Below, in pieces: positions 1 to 9,395 of a stretch of 64,000 nt of DNA. A program made the position numbers and the translations under genes. Location: positions 63,491 through 127,490 of the forward strand of contig NZ_JAGINM010000003.1 in assembly GCF_017876095.1 (NCBI RefSeq). Direction: 5' to 3'. Source of the stretch: Azospirillum agricola (GTDB lineage: Bacteria > Pseudomonadota > Alphaproteobacteria > Azospirillales > Azospirillaceae). Positions within the stretch are counted from its first letter, which is position 1. Each line of letters opens with the position of its first letter. The notes beneath the pieces are model-generated. The model saw only the letters and a list, made by a program, of their open reading frames with translations. It made no database searches and had not been told where the DNA came from.

Positions 1-89
1 AGGAGACGCGCGCCTTCCACCGTGGCGACACGCCGCCGGCCGTCGCGCATTACCTGGGCTTCCACAAGCCCGGCCGCGAAGCGTCGTGA
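1..89 (+). CDS. 3' end of an unidentified plus-strand gene, partial (...ETRAFHRGDTPPAVAHYLGFHKPGREAS*), convergent with the ABC exporter
   Basis: Reading from position 3 gives an open frame to TGA at 87-89 with about 90% third-position GC, as in real genes here. No recognisable family. The window edge truncates it. Confidence 0.25.
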   Translation, partial: ETRAFHRGDTPPAVAHYLGFHKPGREAS

Positions 90-111
90 CGGCAAGCCCG
101 GTGCGTTGCGG

Positions 112-1752
112 TCAGTGCGCGACGCCGCCCAGCGGCACCGGGGACAGGCGGCCGTCCTCCATGTGCAGATGGACGTCGGCTGTGTCGAAATACTTGTCGT
201 CGTGGGTGATGGCCAGCACGGTGATGCCGGCCTGCCGCAGGCGGGGCAGGATGACGCGGTAGAACTTCTCGCGGAAGCGCGGATCCTGGTCGGCGGCCCA
301 TTCGTCGAAGACGCAGATCGGGCGCTTCTCCAGCAGCGACACGATCAGCGCCAGCCGCTTGCGCTGGCCGCCCGACAGCCGGGTGGTGCTGAACCGCCGG
401 TCGCGCAGGCTGGATTTGTGGCTCATCTCCAGCAGCCTGAACAGCTCGTCGGCCTCGGACTGGTCGATGTCCGGCACGCCGTACAGCTCGGTGAACAGGT
501 GGTTGTCGGAGAAGATGACCGAGAACATGTTGCGGTAGGCCGCCAGATTCTCCGGGCCGATGCGCTCCTCGTCGACGCGCAGGGCGCCGTCCACCGCCGG
601 GTAGAGGCCGATCAGCAGGCGGATGAAGGTGGTCTTGCCCGATCCGTTGCCGCCGGTGATGAACACCACCGTGCCGCGCTCGATGGTCAGGTCGATGGGG
701 CCGACCGCGAAGCCGGAATCGCCGGCCGGGGCGTGGTGGCGGAAGGTCAGGCCGTCCAGCACGATCCGCCGGAAGCCGTGGAAATGGTCGGCCTGCCGGG
801 GATCCCCGTCGCGGTCCACGTCGATGCGCGACAGCCGCTCCTCCAGCTCCAGGATGCTCTCGGCGGCGGTGTTGGCGTTGGAGAAGATGGGCAGCGCGCC
901 GACCACCGTGGAGACCGGGCCGATCATGAACAGGCTGGCGGTGGTGGTCATCACCACCGATTCGACGTGGGACTGGCTGAGGCTCGGCACGACGAACACC
1001 ATCAGGCCGGTCAGCAGGAAGAAGGTCACCTGCGACATCACGAAGTCGTTGGCGTACAGGGTCTGGGTGCGGATCTTCAGGGTCGCCACGTCGGACGACA
1101 CATGGGCCACCCGCTGGGCGATCTCCAGCGAGCGGGTGGTGCTCATCTTCACCTCCTTGAAGCCGTCGAGCATGTCGGTGAAGCCCTCCACCAGCTCGTT
1201 CTCGCGCGCGAAGGCTTGCCGGAGCTGGGCCTTGACCTCGCCCGAGCGCGCCAGATGGATGGCGGCGCCCAGCGTGGTGAAGGCCGCCGACAGCAGGAAG
1301 GCGGCCATCGACAGGGTCAGCATGTACAGCATGGTGAAGAGCACCAGCACCGCCGACTGCACGGCGATGATGATGTTGGGGGCGGCCTGGGAAATCACCT
1401 GGGTCTCGCGGCTGAGGCCGGCGTAGATCTCCGAGCGGCCGATCTCCTCGATCTCCAGGAACTCGGCGTGGCGCGCCCGCTCCAGCAGCCGCACCCGCAG
1501 CCGGTGGATCAGATGCTCCACCTGATTGCACACATCCACCATCAGCCGCTTCTGGGTGACGACGAAGATGGCGATGGCCAGCGAGAACAGCAGCAGGTTG
1601 TGCAGGTTGGACTGCTTGCTCGACACGTTCTGGGCGGCGACGTTGATGGTCGCGAGCACGGCGGCGTTGGCCAGCCCGGAGATCGCCGCCAGCAGCAGGA
1701 AGCGGAAGCGCAGGACGTCCGCGTCGCGCCGGAAGAGGGCTAGGAGTTTCAT
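112..1752 (-). CDS. Cyclic-peptide/siderophore-type ABC exporter, fused permease plus ATPase (SyrD/PvdE/YojI-like)
   Basis: 546 aa. N-terminal hydrophobic half with multiple TM segments. C-terminal ATPase with Walker A (GGNGSGKTTF), ABC signature (LSGGQRKRLALIVSLL) and Walker B (VFDEWAADQD). ATG at 1752 preceded by GGAG. The plus ORF 22..1743 is its antisense artefact. Confidence 0.85.
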   Translation of the reverse strand: MKLLALFRRDADVLRFRFLLLAAISGLANAAVLATINVAAQNVSSKQSNLHNLLLFSLAIAIFVVTQKRLMVDVCNQVEHLIHRLRVRLLERARHAEFLEIEEIGRSEIYAGLSRETQVISQAAPNIIIAVQSAVLVLFTMLYMLTLSMAAFLLSAAFTTLGAAIHLARSGEVKAQLRQAFARENELVEGFTDMLDGFKEVKMSTTRSLEIAQRVAHVSSDVATLKIRTQTLYANDFVMSQVTFFLLTGLMVFVVPSLSQSHVESVVMTTTASLFMIGPVSTVVGALPIFSNANTAAESILELEERLSRIDVDRDGDPRQADHFHGFRRIVLDGLTFRHHAPAGDSGFAVGPIDLTIERGTVVFITGGNGSGKTTFIRLLIGLYPAVDGALRVDEERIGPENLAAYRNMFSVIFSDNHLFTELYGVPDIDQSEADELFRLLEMSHKSSLRDRRFSTTRLSGGQRKRLALIVSLLEKRPICVFDEWAADQDPRFREKFYRVILPRLRQAGITVLAITHDDKYFDTADVHLHMEDGRLSPVPLGGVAH

Positions 1753-1794
1753 GCGGGCCGGGATCTCCGGAGGAACACGGGAAGGGAAGGGGAA

Positions 1795-1814
1795 GGGCCG
1801 GGAGCGTCCGGCCC
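1795..1814 (-). terminator. GC-rich hairpin (GGGCCGG-agcgt-CCGGCCC) between the NRPS stop and the exporter start, followed on the coding strand by a CTTCCCCTTCCCTTCCC tract
   Basis: Perfect 7-bp inverted repeat seen directly. It sits 6 nt after the NRPS stop (1820-1822) and before the exporter ATG (1752). No canonical U-run, so it may be an attenuator or stabilising hairpin rather than a full terminator. Confidence 0.3.
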
Positions 1815-1819
1815 CTCTT

Positions 1820-4800
1820 TCAGTCGGCGTGCAGCAGCGCGTCCAGATCGTCCAGGGACAGCCCCTTGTAGGTGAAGTCCGACGGCGTCGCCTCGCTGCC
1901 GCTCCGCGAGACGCAGTGGCGGACGATTTCGGCGAGGGCTTCGAGGAAGCCGTCCAGCAGCCCCTGCGCCGTCTCGCGCCCCACGGCGCTGTCGTAGTCC
2001 AGCCCGACCGTCAGCGCCCCGTCCACCACCATGGCGAGGATGTCGAGCGGGTGAGGGCGGCGGACCCGCGCGCCGAGCGCCCGGCCCGGCGCGTCCCAGT
2101 CGATGGCGAATCCCCCGCCCGGCTGGCCGGCAGCCGTGACGCCGCCCATCACGCCGCCCATCACGCCAAGGAAGTTGAAACCGATCTGGCCGGCCAGCGG
2201 CGCCAGTCCCGGCCCGGCCGGATGGCGGGTCAGCAGGCCGTAGCTCCAGCCCCGGTCGGGCACCTGCCGCAGCGACTCCTTGACCCGCTTGACCAGCGTG
2301 CCGATGTCGCCGGCCCCGCCGCCGTCCGTCCCGGAATCGAGCAGGAAGGGGTAATGGGCGGTGAACCAGCCCACCGTGCGGGTCAGGTCGGGAAGCGGAG
2401 CGGCGTCGCTGCCGGCGGCTGGCCATTCCCGGCCGTGGGATTCCAGCGTCACCAGCGTGCGCCGGCGGTCCAGCCGGCGGCTCAGCGCCAGCGCCAGCCC
2501 GGACAGCAGCAGGTCGTCGGTCCGCGTGCCGTAGGCGCGGTGGGCCGGACCCAGCAGCAGGGCGGTGGTGTCGCGGTCCAGCCGTCCCGAGACGCTCGCC
2601 ATGTCGGCCATCCGCACCGCCGCGCGGCCGGGCGGCACCACGGCGAGCGGCTCGGGCGGGGCCACCGCATTCCAGTAGGCCAGCGCCCCGCTCCAGCCGG
2701 CGCCGCCGGCCATGTCGGCCAACGCCCCCGTGTAGTCGCGGTAGGAGGCGGTCTTGTCGGGAAGCGCCAGCACCGTTCCGGCGAGGGCGGCGGCGTAGGC
2801 GGTGTGGACGTCCTCCAGCAGGATGCTCCACGACACGCTGTCCACCACCAGATGGTGGGCGGCCAGCAGCAGCCGGTCGCAGGAGGCGCCGCGCGCCAGC
2901 AGGGCGGCGAACAGCGGTCCGCTGTCCAGCCGGAAACCGGCGTGCAGCCGGTCGGCGGCGGCGGCCAGTTCCGTGTCCTCGTCGGCGCCCGGTTCGGCGC
3001 CCGGTTCGGCGCCCAGCTCGACCAGCGTCAGGGACGGCCCGCCGTCGGGCGGCAGGATGACCGGGTCGGGCAGGGAAACGCCGTCCGAGGCCGCCGGAAA
3101 GACCGTCCGCAGGGCGTCGTGATGGCGCCACAGGCTGTCGAGCGCCTTGCGGAGCGCTTCGGCGTCGAAACCCGCCGTCGCCCGCAGCAGGACGCCCTGG
3201 TTGAAGTGATGGCGGTCCTCGTCGACCGTCTCGAAGAACCAGCGCTGGATCGGCGCCAGGGGCACCGGCCCGCTCACCGGCCCCTGGTCGGCGCGCAGCT
3301 TCAGCGGCTTCACCACCTGGGCGAACTGGGCGACGCTGGGATTCTGGAAGATGTCGCGGATCTCCGCCCCCAGCTCCAGCCCGCGCAGGCGGGAGACGAT
3401 CTGGATGGCGCGGATGGAATCGCCGCCCAGCCCGAAGAAATCATCGTCCACGCCGATGTCGCCGCGTTCCAGGATCGCCCGCCACACCTCCAGAACCACC
3501 TGTTCCACCGGGGTGGCCGGATCGCGCCTGCTGGCCGCCGCCGGAGCGGCGGGGGCGGGCAGGGCGGCGCGGTCGAGCTTGCCGTTGACCGTCACCGGCA
3601 GCGCGTCCAACGGCACCAGATGGGCCGGCACGGCGTGGGAGGGCAGCCGGCGCGACAGATGGCGGCGCACCGCCACCGGTGTCACCGCGTCCACCCGTGG
3701 CACCGGACCGGCGGCGAACAGCCGCTCGTAGAAGGGGCTGGCGCGGAAGCCGTCGCCGAAATGGGCGCTGGCCACCCGGAACGGCACCGCCTCGGCGTCC
3801 TGGCGCTCGATCCGGCCGGTGACGGTGAAGTCGGGGTTGAGGCCGTTGCCGCATAGGCTGCGGGCCACGGTGAAGCGGACGCGGTCGCCCGGCCGCACCG
3901 CGACGCCCGCCTGGTCCAGGGCCTGGTCCAGCGGCAGGTAGACCGGCAGCCAGCTTCCCGGATTGTCGAGGATGTCCACCACATGGTCGGCGTCGACGTG
4001 GAGCTGGAGCCAGACCAGCAGGCCGGTGACCGGCCCGGCCCGCTCGATGACCAGCTCCCCGTCGTGGACGGCCTCCAGCGGCACGAGGCCGGTGTGGTCG
4101 AGATCCTCGAAGATCCCGGCGGTGGAAAGGATCGCCTCGCGCGGCAGGTTCTTGACGCAGACCCGCAGGTCGAAGGGGCGGCCGACCTCGGCGAAGATCC
4201 GCTCCACGTAATGGGCGGCGATGTCGGGGAAGCCGTAGGCGAAGCTGCCCTCCGGCAGGCCGACGGCGGCGATGCGGGTCAGGCTGCGCTGCGGCAGCAT
4301 CCGCGCCGGATCCTTCAGGAAGCGGCGGGCGCCGTTGATGATCTTCGCCGCCCCCTCCGAGCCGCCGATGGCCCCTACGATCTCGGAGATGCAGAAATCC
4401 ACCGGTTCCGGCAGCGTGATGGACTGCGCGTCGCCGTGGATCACCTCGATGCGGTCGGACAGGCCCAGCCGCTCGACGGTTTCCCGCGCCTTGCGCGCCG
4501 TGCTTTCCAACAGGTCGATGGCGTAGACCTTGCGGGCGCCGGCCTCCAGCGCCAGCCGCGCCAGGATGGCGAAGGGGCCGGTGCCGATGTCCACCACCGT
4601 GCGGCCCGGCAGATGGCGGGCGAAGGCGTCGCGGTAGCGGCGGTTGCGGCCCTCGTCGCCGGCCATGCTGGAATAGGCGACGTCGTCGTAGACGAAGAAC
4701 TCCGCCACCGAGGGCCACAGCTCCACCCGTGCTTCTGGGCAGTAGTAGGCGGCCAGCGCCTGGGAGCCGTCGGCCCGCGTGACGGTGGCGACGGCGGCGT

Positions 4801-7800
4801 CGCGCACGCCCGGAACGCCGCGGAGCGCCTGCTCGACCTCGCCCAGCTCGATGCGGTGGCCGGACACCTTGACCTGCTCGTCGGCGCGGCCGAGGAAATC
4901 CACCGCGCCGTCGGGCCGCCAGCAGGCGAGGTCGCCGGTGCGGTACAGCCGCTCGCTCCAGGGGGCGGTGACGAAGCGGGCGGCGGTCTGCGCCTCGTCG
5001 CCCCGGTAGCCGCGGGCGAGGCCGGCGCCGCCCAGATGCACCTCGCCCGGCACGCCGACCGGCACGGCCTGACCCGCCCCGTCCAGGATGTGCAGGCTGG
5101 TGTTGGGCAGCGGCCGGCCGATGGGGATGCGGACGAGCGCCGCGTCGGCGCCGCTCACCCGGTGGATGGTGGCGCAGACCGAGGCCTCGGTCGGGCCGTA
5201 GGCGTTGAAGGCGCGCAGGCGGTCGGCGTAGTGGGTCAGGTCGGCCACCGGCGCCGCCTCCCCCGCCGTGATCAGCACCTTGAGGGTCGGCATCGCCGCC
5301 CGCTCCAGCGCCCGCAGGTAGGTGGGCGGCAGGGTCGCCACGGTGGTGCCGCTGGCCGCCAGGAACTCCAGGAAGCGCGGCACCGATTCGATGACCGCCT
5401 TGTCCGGCAGCACGACGGCTCCCCCGGCGAACAGGGCCATGAAGATGTTCGCCAGCGAGGCGTCGAAGGAGGGGGAGGCGAATTGCAGCACCCGGTCCCC
5501 GGCCCCCAGCCCGAAGGTCTCGATCTGGCCCAGCGCCATGTTGACGAAGCCGGCATGCTCGACCATCACCGCCTTGGGCTGGCCGGTGGAGCCGGAGGTG
5601 AAGATGATGTAGGCCACCTCGTCCGGCGCCACGGCGGGGAGCGGAAGGTCGGGGTCGGTGGCGCCGGGATCCAGGAGCGGAGCCACCGCCAGGGCCGGCG
5701 GGCTGCCGGGCGGGAGTGCCACCTCGTCGCCCGGCCGGTCCACCAGCACCAGCCGGCATTCGGCGCGCTCCAGCATGGCGGCGAGCCGGACGGCGGGATA
5801 ATCGGGGTCGAGCGGCACATAGACCGCGCCGGCCTTCAGGATCGCCAGCAGGGCCACCACCGATTCCACCGAGCGGTTGGCCAGCACCGCCACCCGGTCG
5901 CGCGGCTCCACGCCCTGGCTGGCCAGCGTCCGGGCCAGCCGGCCGGTCGCCGCCTCCAGCGCGGCGTGATCCAGGCTGCGGTCGGCGCCCACCAGGGCCG
6001 GGCGGCCGGGGTGGCGGGCGGCCACCTCCGACAGCAGGGCGGCCATCGACAGGGATGGACGGTCGGCGGCCGGGCCGGCCGCGAAAGCGGCGATGGCGGC
6101 GCGCTCGGGGCCGCTCAGCAGGGGCAGGGTGCCGACCGGTGTGTGGGGGGCCAGCGCCGCCCCCTCGGCCAGCACCGCGAAATGGTCGCAGATCGCCGCG
6201 ATGCGCGGGGCGTCGAACAGGTCTTGGTTGTAATTGAGATCCAGCACCAGCTCGCCGCCGTCGGTCTGGAAATGGAACACCAGATCGTAGCGGCTGAAGT
6301 TCCAGGCGTTCTCCGGCCCGAACGGCCGCGCCGCCGCGCCGTCGAGGGCGAGGTCGATCGCTCCGAAGGTCTGGACCACCACCATCACGTCGAAGACCGG
6401 CGAGCGGCTCATGTCGCGGGCGAGGTCCAGCTCGCCGACCAGACTGTCGAAGGGGTAGGACTGGTGGGCCAGCCCGTCGGCCACCGTGCGGCCGACCGCC
6501 GCCAGCAGGTCGGCGAAGGGGGTTTCGGGCTCCACCCGGTCGCGCAGGGCCAGGGTGTTGACGAGATAGCCGATCTGCCCGTCGAGGTCGGGGTGGTCGC
6601 GCCCGGCGACCGGGCTGCCGACGATGATGTCGCGCTGGCCGCTGTAGCGGTGCAGCAGCGCCTTGGTCAGCGCGGTCAGGGTGGCGAACAGGGTGGCGCC
6701 GTGGGCCTCGGCCAGTTCCAGAAGGCGGCCGGTGGCCTCGGCCGGCAGGCGCAGGCGGCGCGTGGTGCCGTTGAAGGTCTGCACCGGCGGTCGCGGCCGG
6801 TCGGTGGGCAGCTCCAGCACCGGCAGCGGACCGCCGAGCCGGTCCAGCCAGTAGCGGCGGTCGGCCTCCAGGGCGCCGTCCGCCAGCCGTCCGGCCTGCC
6901 ACGCCGTCGCGTCGCGCTGTTGGATCGGCAGCGGAGGCAGGCCGGGGTCGCGGCCCTGGGTCAGGGCGGCGTAGACCGTGGCCAGCTCGCGCACCAGCAC
7001 GCCCAGCGACCAGACGTCGCTGACGATGTGGTGGATGTTGAAGAGGAAGACGTGGCGCGGCGTGCCGTCCCCGGCCCCATTGTCGTCGGGCAGGCGGGCC
7101 AGCACGGCGTGGAGCAACGGCCCGCTTTCCAGGTCGAACACATGCTCGCGGTTGCCGGCGGCCAGCCGGTGGGCCTCCTCGTCCGGCCGGGCGTGCCGGC
7201 GCAGGTCGATCGTTTCCAGCCGCCAGGGCAGGTCGGCATGCACCACCTGCCGGGCCTGCCCGTCCTCCTCGCGGAAGCTGGTGCGCAGGGAGTCATGGCG
7301 GCGGATCAGGGTCCGGAAGGCCTGCTCCAGCGCGGCGGCGTCGACCGGTCCGCGCAGCTCGTAGGCTTCGGGCAGGTTGTAGGCGGTGGGGGCGATGCCC
7401 ATGCGGTCGAGCCGCCACAGCCGCGCCTGGGCGGGCGAGGCCGGGTGGCTGGGGGCGTCGGGCACGCGCGGGATCGGCTTGGGGGCGGACGGGCCGCTGG
7501 CCTTGGCGCGGTCGATCAGGGCGGCGAGTTCGCGGATGGTGGAGTTGGCGAAGAAGTCCTTCAGCGCGACCTCGACGCCGCAGGTCTGGTAGATCTCCAG
7601 CACGGCGCGGATCGCCCGCAGGGAATCGCCGCCGAAGGCGTGGAAGCGGGTGGTCACCCCGGCGTCGGCGATGCCGAACAGCCCGTTCCACACGGCGGCC
7701 AGCGCCTTCTCGGTGGCGGTTTCCGCCGGGACATAGCCGCTTTCCTGGTAATAGAGCGCTTCCGGCCGCGGCAGGGCCTTGCGGTTCAGCTTGCCGCTGA

Positions 7801-9325
7801 TGGTGGTCGGCAGGTCGGCCAGGGCGATGAGGGTGTGCGGCTGCATGCCGGACGGCAGGATGCGGTCGAGCGCCGCCTTCACCGTGTCCGCCGGCAGCGG
7901 GTCGGAGGAGCCGTCGGCGCGCACGTAATAGCCGGCCAGCAGCGGGCGCTGGTCGGCGCCGGCATGGACGGCGCAGGCCGCCTGCGCCACGCCCGGCACC
8001 TGCCGCAGGGCGGCCTCGACCTCGGCCAGCTCGATGCGGATGCCGCTGATCTTGACCTGGTTGTCCTGGCGGCCCAGGCATTCGACGGTGCCGTCGGGCA
8101 GCAGGCGGCCGAGGTCGCCGGTGCGGTAGATGACGTCCGGCTTGTCGGGGCTGAGGGGGTTCTGGACAAAGGCGGCGGCGGTCAGCTCGGGATCGCCGAG
8201 GTAGCCGAGCGAGCGGTAGGGCGTGCGGATGTGGATCTCGCCGATCTCGCCGGCGGCGCAGGCGCGGCCCTGGTTGAGGATCAGCACGGCGGTGTTGGGC
8301 AGCGGCTTGCCGATGGGCAGCACGCGGCGCGGGTCGCCGGACAACGCGCCCACCCGGTGGAACAGCTTGGCCAGCGTGGTTTCCGAGGGACCGTAGAGGT
8401 TGACCAGCTCCGCCCCGCCGCCGGCCACCGCCCGCCACGCCGCCACGTCGGCGCCCAGCAGCGGCTCGCCGGCGACCAGCAGATGGCGCAGATGGGGGAA
8501 CGGGGCTTCGGCCGGGGCGCGGTGCTCCAGCTCCCGCACCAGCAGCCGCAGCACGGTGGGCACGCAATGGACCAGGGTCAGGCGGGAGTCCGCCATCCAG
8601 TCGACCAGCCGGTGGGGCTGGCCGCGCAGTTCGGGCGCCGGAACGCAGACGGTGCCGCCGGCCATCAGCGGCACCAGCACGTCGCGCAGGCTGACGTCGA
8701 AGGTGATCGGGGCCAGCCAGGAGCCGCGCGTCTCCGCCCCGAGCCCGAACTCGGCCAGCTCCCAGCGCAGGAAATGGCTGAGGCCGCGCTGCTGGCCCAG
8801 GATGGCCTTGGGCTGGCCGGTCGAGCCGGAGGTGAACATGACGTAGCAGCCGTCGCCCGGCCCCACGGCGACGCCGGGGTTGTGGTCGGGCTGTTCTCCG
8901 GCCGGGCCGTCGGCCGCCAGGATGACCGCTTCGGCCCCGGCGGCGGCGAGGCGCGCCTCCAGGGCGGGGCGGTTGGCGGAGTCGGTCACCACCACCCGGC
9001 AGCGCGCCTTGTCCAGATAGGCGGCCAGCCGGCGTTCCGGCAGGTCGGGCGGCAGCGGCAGGAAGGCCGCCCCCGCCTTGCCGGTTCCGAGCAGGGCGGC
9101 GATGCAGCCGATGCCGGGATCGAGGAACAGCCCGACGATGCCGGCGCCACCGCCGACCGCGCCGCCCGTCACCCCATGCGCCGCCAGCGCATGGGCGACG
9201 CGGTTGGCCTGCCGGTTCAGGGCGTCGTAGGTGATGCTTCGCCCGGCGGTCTCGACGGCGACGGCCTGGGGGCGGCTCTCGGCCTGGAACTCGAACTGCT
9301 CGAAATAGGCTTGGCGCTGCATCAC
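1820..9325 (-). CDS. Non-ribosomal peptide synthetase, two modules: A-T-C-A(methyltransferase-interrupted)-T-E (ends with an epimerisation domain, no TE)
   Basis: 2501 aa. A1 core motifs (YVMFTSGSTGQPK, NLYGPSETT, YRTGDL, GRQDNQVKISGIRIELAEVE, ISGKLNRKAL). T: FGGDSLRA. C: HHIVSDVWS. A2: YIIFTSGSTGQPK, NAYGPTEAS, YRTGDL, KVSGHRIELGEVE...NGKLDRAAL, with an inserted SAM-MT (VVDIGTGPF...VYAIDL...FCISEIVG). T: FGLGGDSIRA. C-terminal domain has E-domain motifs (LAPIQRWFFE, HHLVVDSVSW). Confidence 0.92.
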   Translation of the reverse strand: MMQRQAYFEQFEFQAESRPQAVAVETAGRSITYDALNRQANRVAHALAAHGVTGGAVGGGAGIVGLFLDPGIGCIAALLGTGKAGAAFLPLPPDLPERRLAAYLDKARCRVVVTDSANRPALEARLAAAGAEAVILAADGPAGEQPDHNPGVAVGPGDGCYVMFTSGSTGQPKAILGQQRGLSHFLRWELAEFGLGAETRGSWLAPITFDVSLRDVLVPLMAGGTVCVPAPELRGQPHRLVDWMADSRLTLVHCVPTVLRLLVRELEHRAPAEAPFPHLRHLLVAGEPLLGADVAAWRAVAGGGAELVNLYGPSETTLAKLFHRVGALSGDPRRVLPIGKPLPNTAVLILNQGRACAAGEIGEIHIRTPYRSLGYLGDPELTAAAFVQNPLSPDKPDVIYRTGDLGRLLPDGTVECLGRQDNQVKISGIRIELAEVEAALRQVPGVAQAACAVHAGADQRPLLAGYYVRADGSSDPLPADTVKAALDRILPSGMQPHTLIALADLPTTISGKLNRKALPRPEALYYQESGYVPAETATEKALAAVWNGLFGIADAGVTTRFHAFGGDSLRAIRAVLEIYQTCGVEVALKDFFANSTIRELAALIDRAKASGPSAPKPIPRVPDAPSHPASPAQARLWRLDRMGIAPTAYNLPEAYELRGPVDAAALEQAFRTLIRRHDSLRTSFREEDGQARQVVHADLPWRLETIDLRRHARPDEEAHRLAAGNREHVFDLESGPLLHAVLARLPDDNGAGDGTPRHVFLFNIHHIVSDVWSLGVLVRELATVYAALTQGRDPGLPPLPIQQRDATAWQAGRLADGALEADRRYWLDRLGGPLPVLELPTDRPRPPVQTFNGTTRRLRLPAEATGRLLELAEAHGATLFATLTALTKALLHRYSGQRDIIVGSPVAGRDHPDLDGQIGYLVNTLALRDRVEPETPFADLLAAVGRTVADGLAHQSYPFDSLVGELDLARDMSRSPVFDVMVVVQTFGAIDLALDGAAARPFGPENAWNFSRYDLVFHFQTDGGELVLDLNYNQDLFDAPRIAAICDHFAVLAEGAALAPHTPVGTLPLLSGPERAAIAAFAAGPAADRPSLSMAALLSEVAARHPGRPALVGADRSLDHAALEAATGRLARTLASQGVEPRDRVAVLANRSVESVVALLAILKAGAVYVPLDPDYPAVRLAAMLERAECRLVLVDRPGDEVALPPGSPPALAVAPLLDPGATDPDLPLPAVAPDEVAYIIFTSGSTGQPKAVMVEHAGFVNMALGQIETFGLGAGDRVLQFASPSFDASLANIFMALFAGGAVVLPDKAVIESVPRFLEFLAASGTTVATLPPTYLRALERAAMPTLKVLITAGEAAPVADLTHYADRLRAFNAYGPTEASVCATIHRVSGADAALVRIPIGRPLPNTSLHILDGAGQAVPVGVPGEVHLGGAGLARGYRGDEAQTAARFVTAPWSERLYRTGDLACWRPDGAVDFLGRADEQVKVSGHRIELGEVEQALRGVPGVRDAAVATVTRADGSQALAAYYCPEARVELWPSVAEFFVYDDVAYSSMAGDEGRNRRYRDAFARHLPGRTVVDIGTGPFAILARLALEAGARKVYAIDLLESTARKARETVERLGLSDRIEVIHGDAQSITLPEPVDFCISEIVGAIGGSEGAAKIINGARRFLKDPARMLPQRSLTRIAAVGLPEGSFAYGFPDIAAHYVERIFAEVGRPFDLRVCVKNLPREAILSTAGIFEDLDHTGLVPLEAVHDGELVIERAGPVTGLLVWLQLHVDADHVVDILDNPGSWLPVYLPLDQALDQAGVAVRPGDRVRFTVARSLCGNGLNPDFTVTGRIERQDAEAVPFRVASAHFGDGFRASPFYERLFAAGPVPRVDAVTPVAVRRHLSRRLPSHAVPAHLVPLDALPVTVNGKLDRAALPAPAAPAAASRRDPATPVEQVVLEVWRAILERGDIGVDDDFFGLGGDSIRAIQIVSRLRGLELGAEIRDIFQNPSVAQFAQVVKPLKLRADQGPVSGPVPLAPIQRWFFETVDEDRHHFNQGVLLRATAGFDAEALRKALDSLWRHHDALRTVFPAASDGVSLPDPVILPPDGGPSLTLVELGAEPGAEPGADEDTELAAAADRLHAGFRLDSGPLFAALLARGASCDRLLLAAHHLVVDSVSWSILLEDVHTAYAAALAGTVLALPDKTASYRDYTGALADMAGGAGWSGALAYWNAVAPPEPLAVVPPGRAAVRMADMASVSGRLDRDTTALLLGPAHRAYGTRTDDLLLSGLALALSRRLDRRRTLVTLESHGREWPAAGSDAAPLPDLTRTVGWFTAHYPFLLDSGTDGGGAGDIGTLVKRVKESLRQVPDRGWSYGLLTRHPAGPGLAPLAGQIGFNFLGVMGGVMGGVTAAGQPGGGFAIDWDAPGRALGARVRRPHPLDILAMVVDGALTVGLDYDSAVGRETAQGLLDGFLEALAEIVRHCVSRSGSEATPSDFTYKGLSLDDLDALLHAD
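3656..4738 (-). other. Class-I SAM methyltransferase domain inserted between motifs A8 and A9 of the second A domain (about aa 1530-1890 of the NRPS)
   Basis: Motif I VVDIGTGPFAILARLALEAGARKVYAIDL and post-I/II ...RIEVIHGDAQSITLPEPVDFCISEIVG. It is flanked upstream by A8 (KVSGHRIELGEVE) and downstream by A9/A10 (LPSHAVPAHLVPL...NGKLDR). Coordinates are approximate, from residue counting. Confidence 0.7.
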
Positions 9326-9395
9326 ACGGAAACTCCGTCAGGACTCGTAGGGCCGCCGAGGCGGGGCTGGAATGCGGAAATGCGGGGGAAGGGCC

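Noticed and set aside
22-1743. 573-aa plus-strand ORF, and the 493-aa minus ORF 50..1531
   Set aside because: Antisense or alternate frames of the ABC exporter gene (112..1752). Arg/Gly/Ala-rich low-complexity translation with no motifs, whereas the exporter frame has Walker/ABC motifs.
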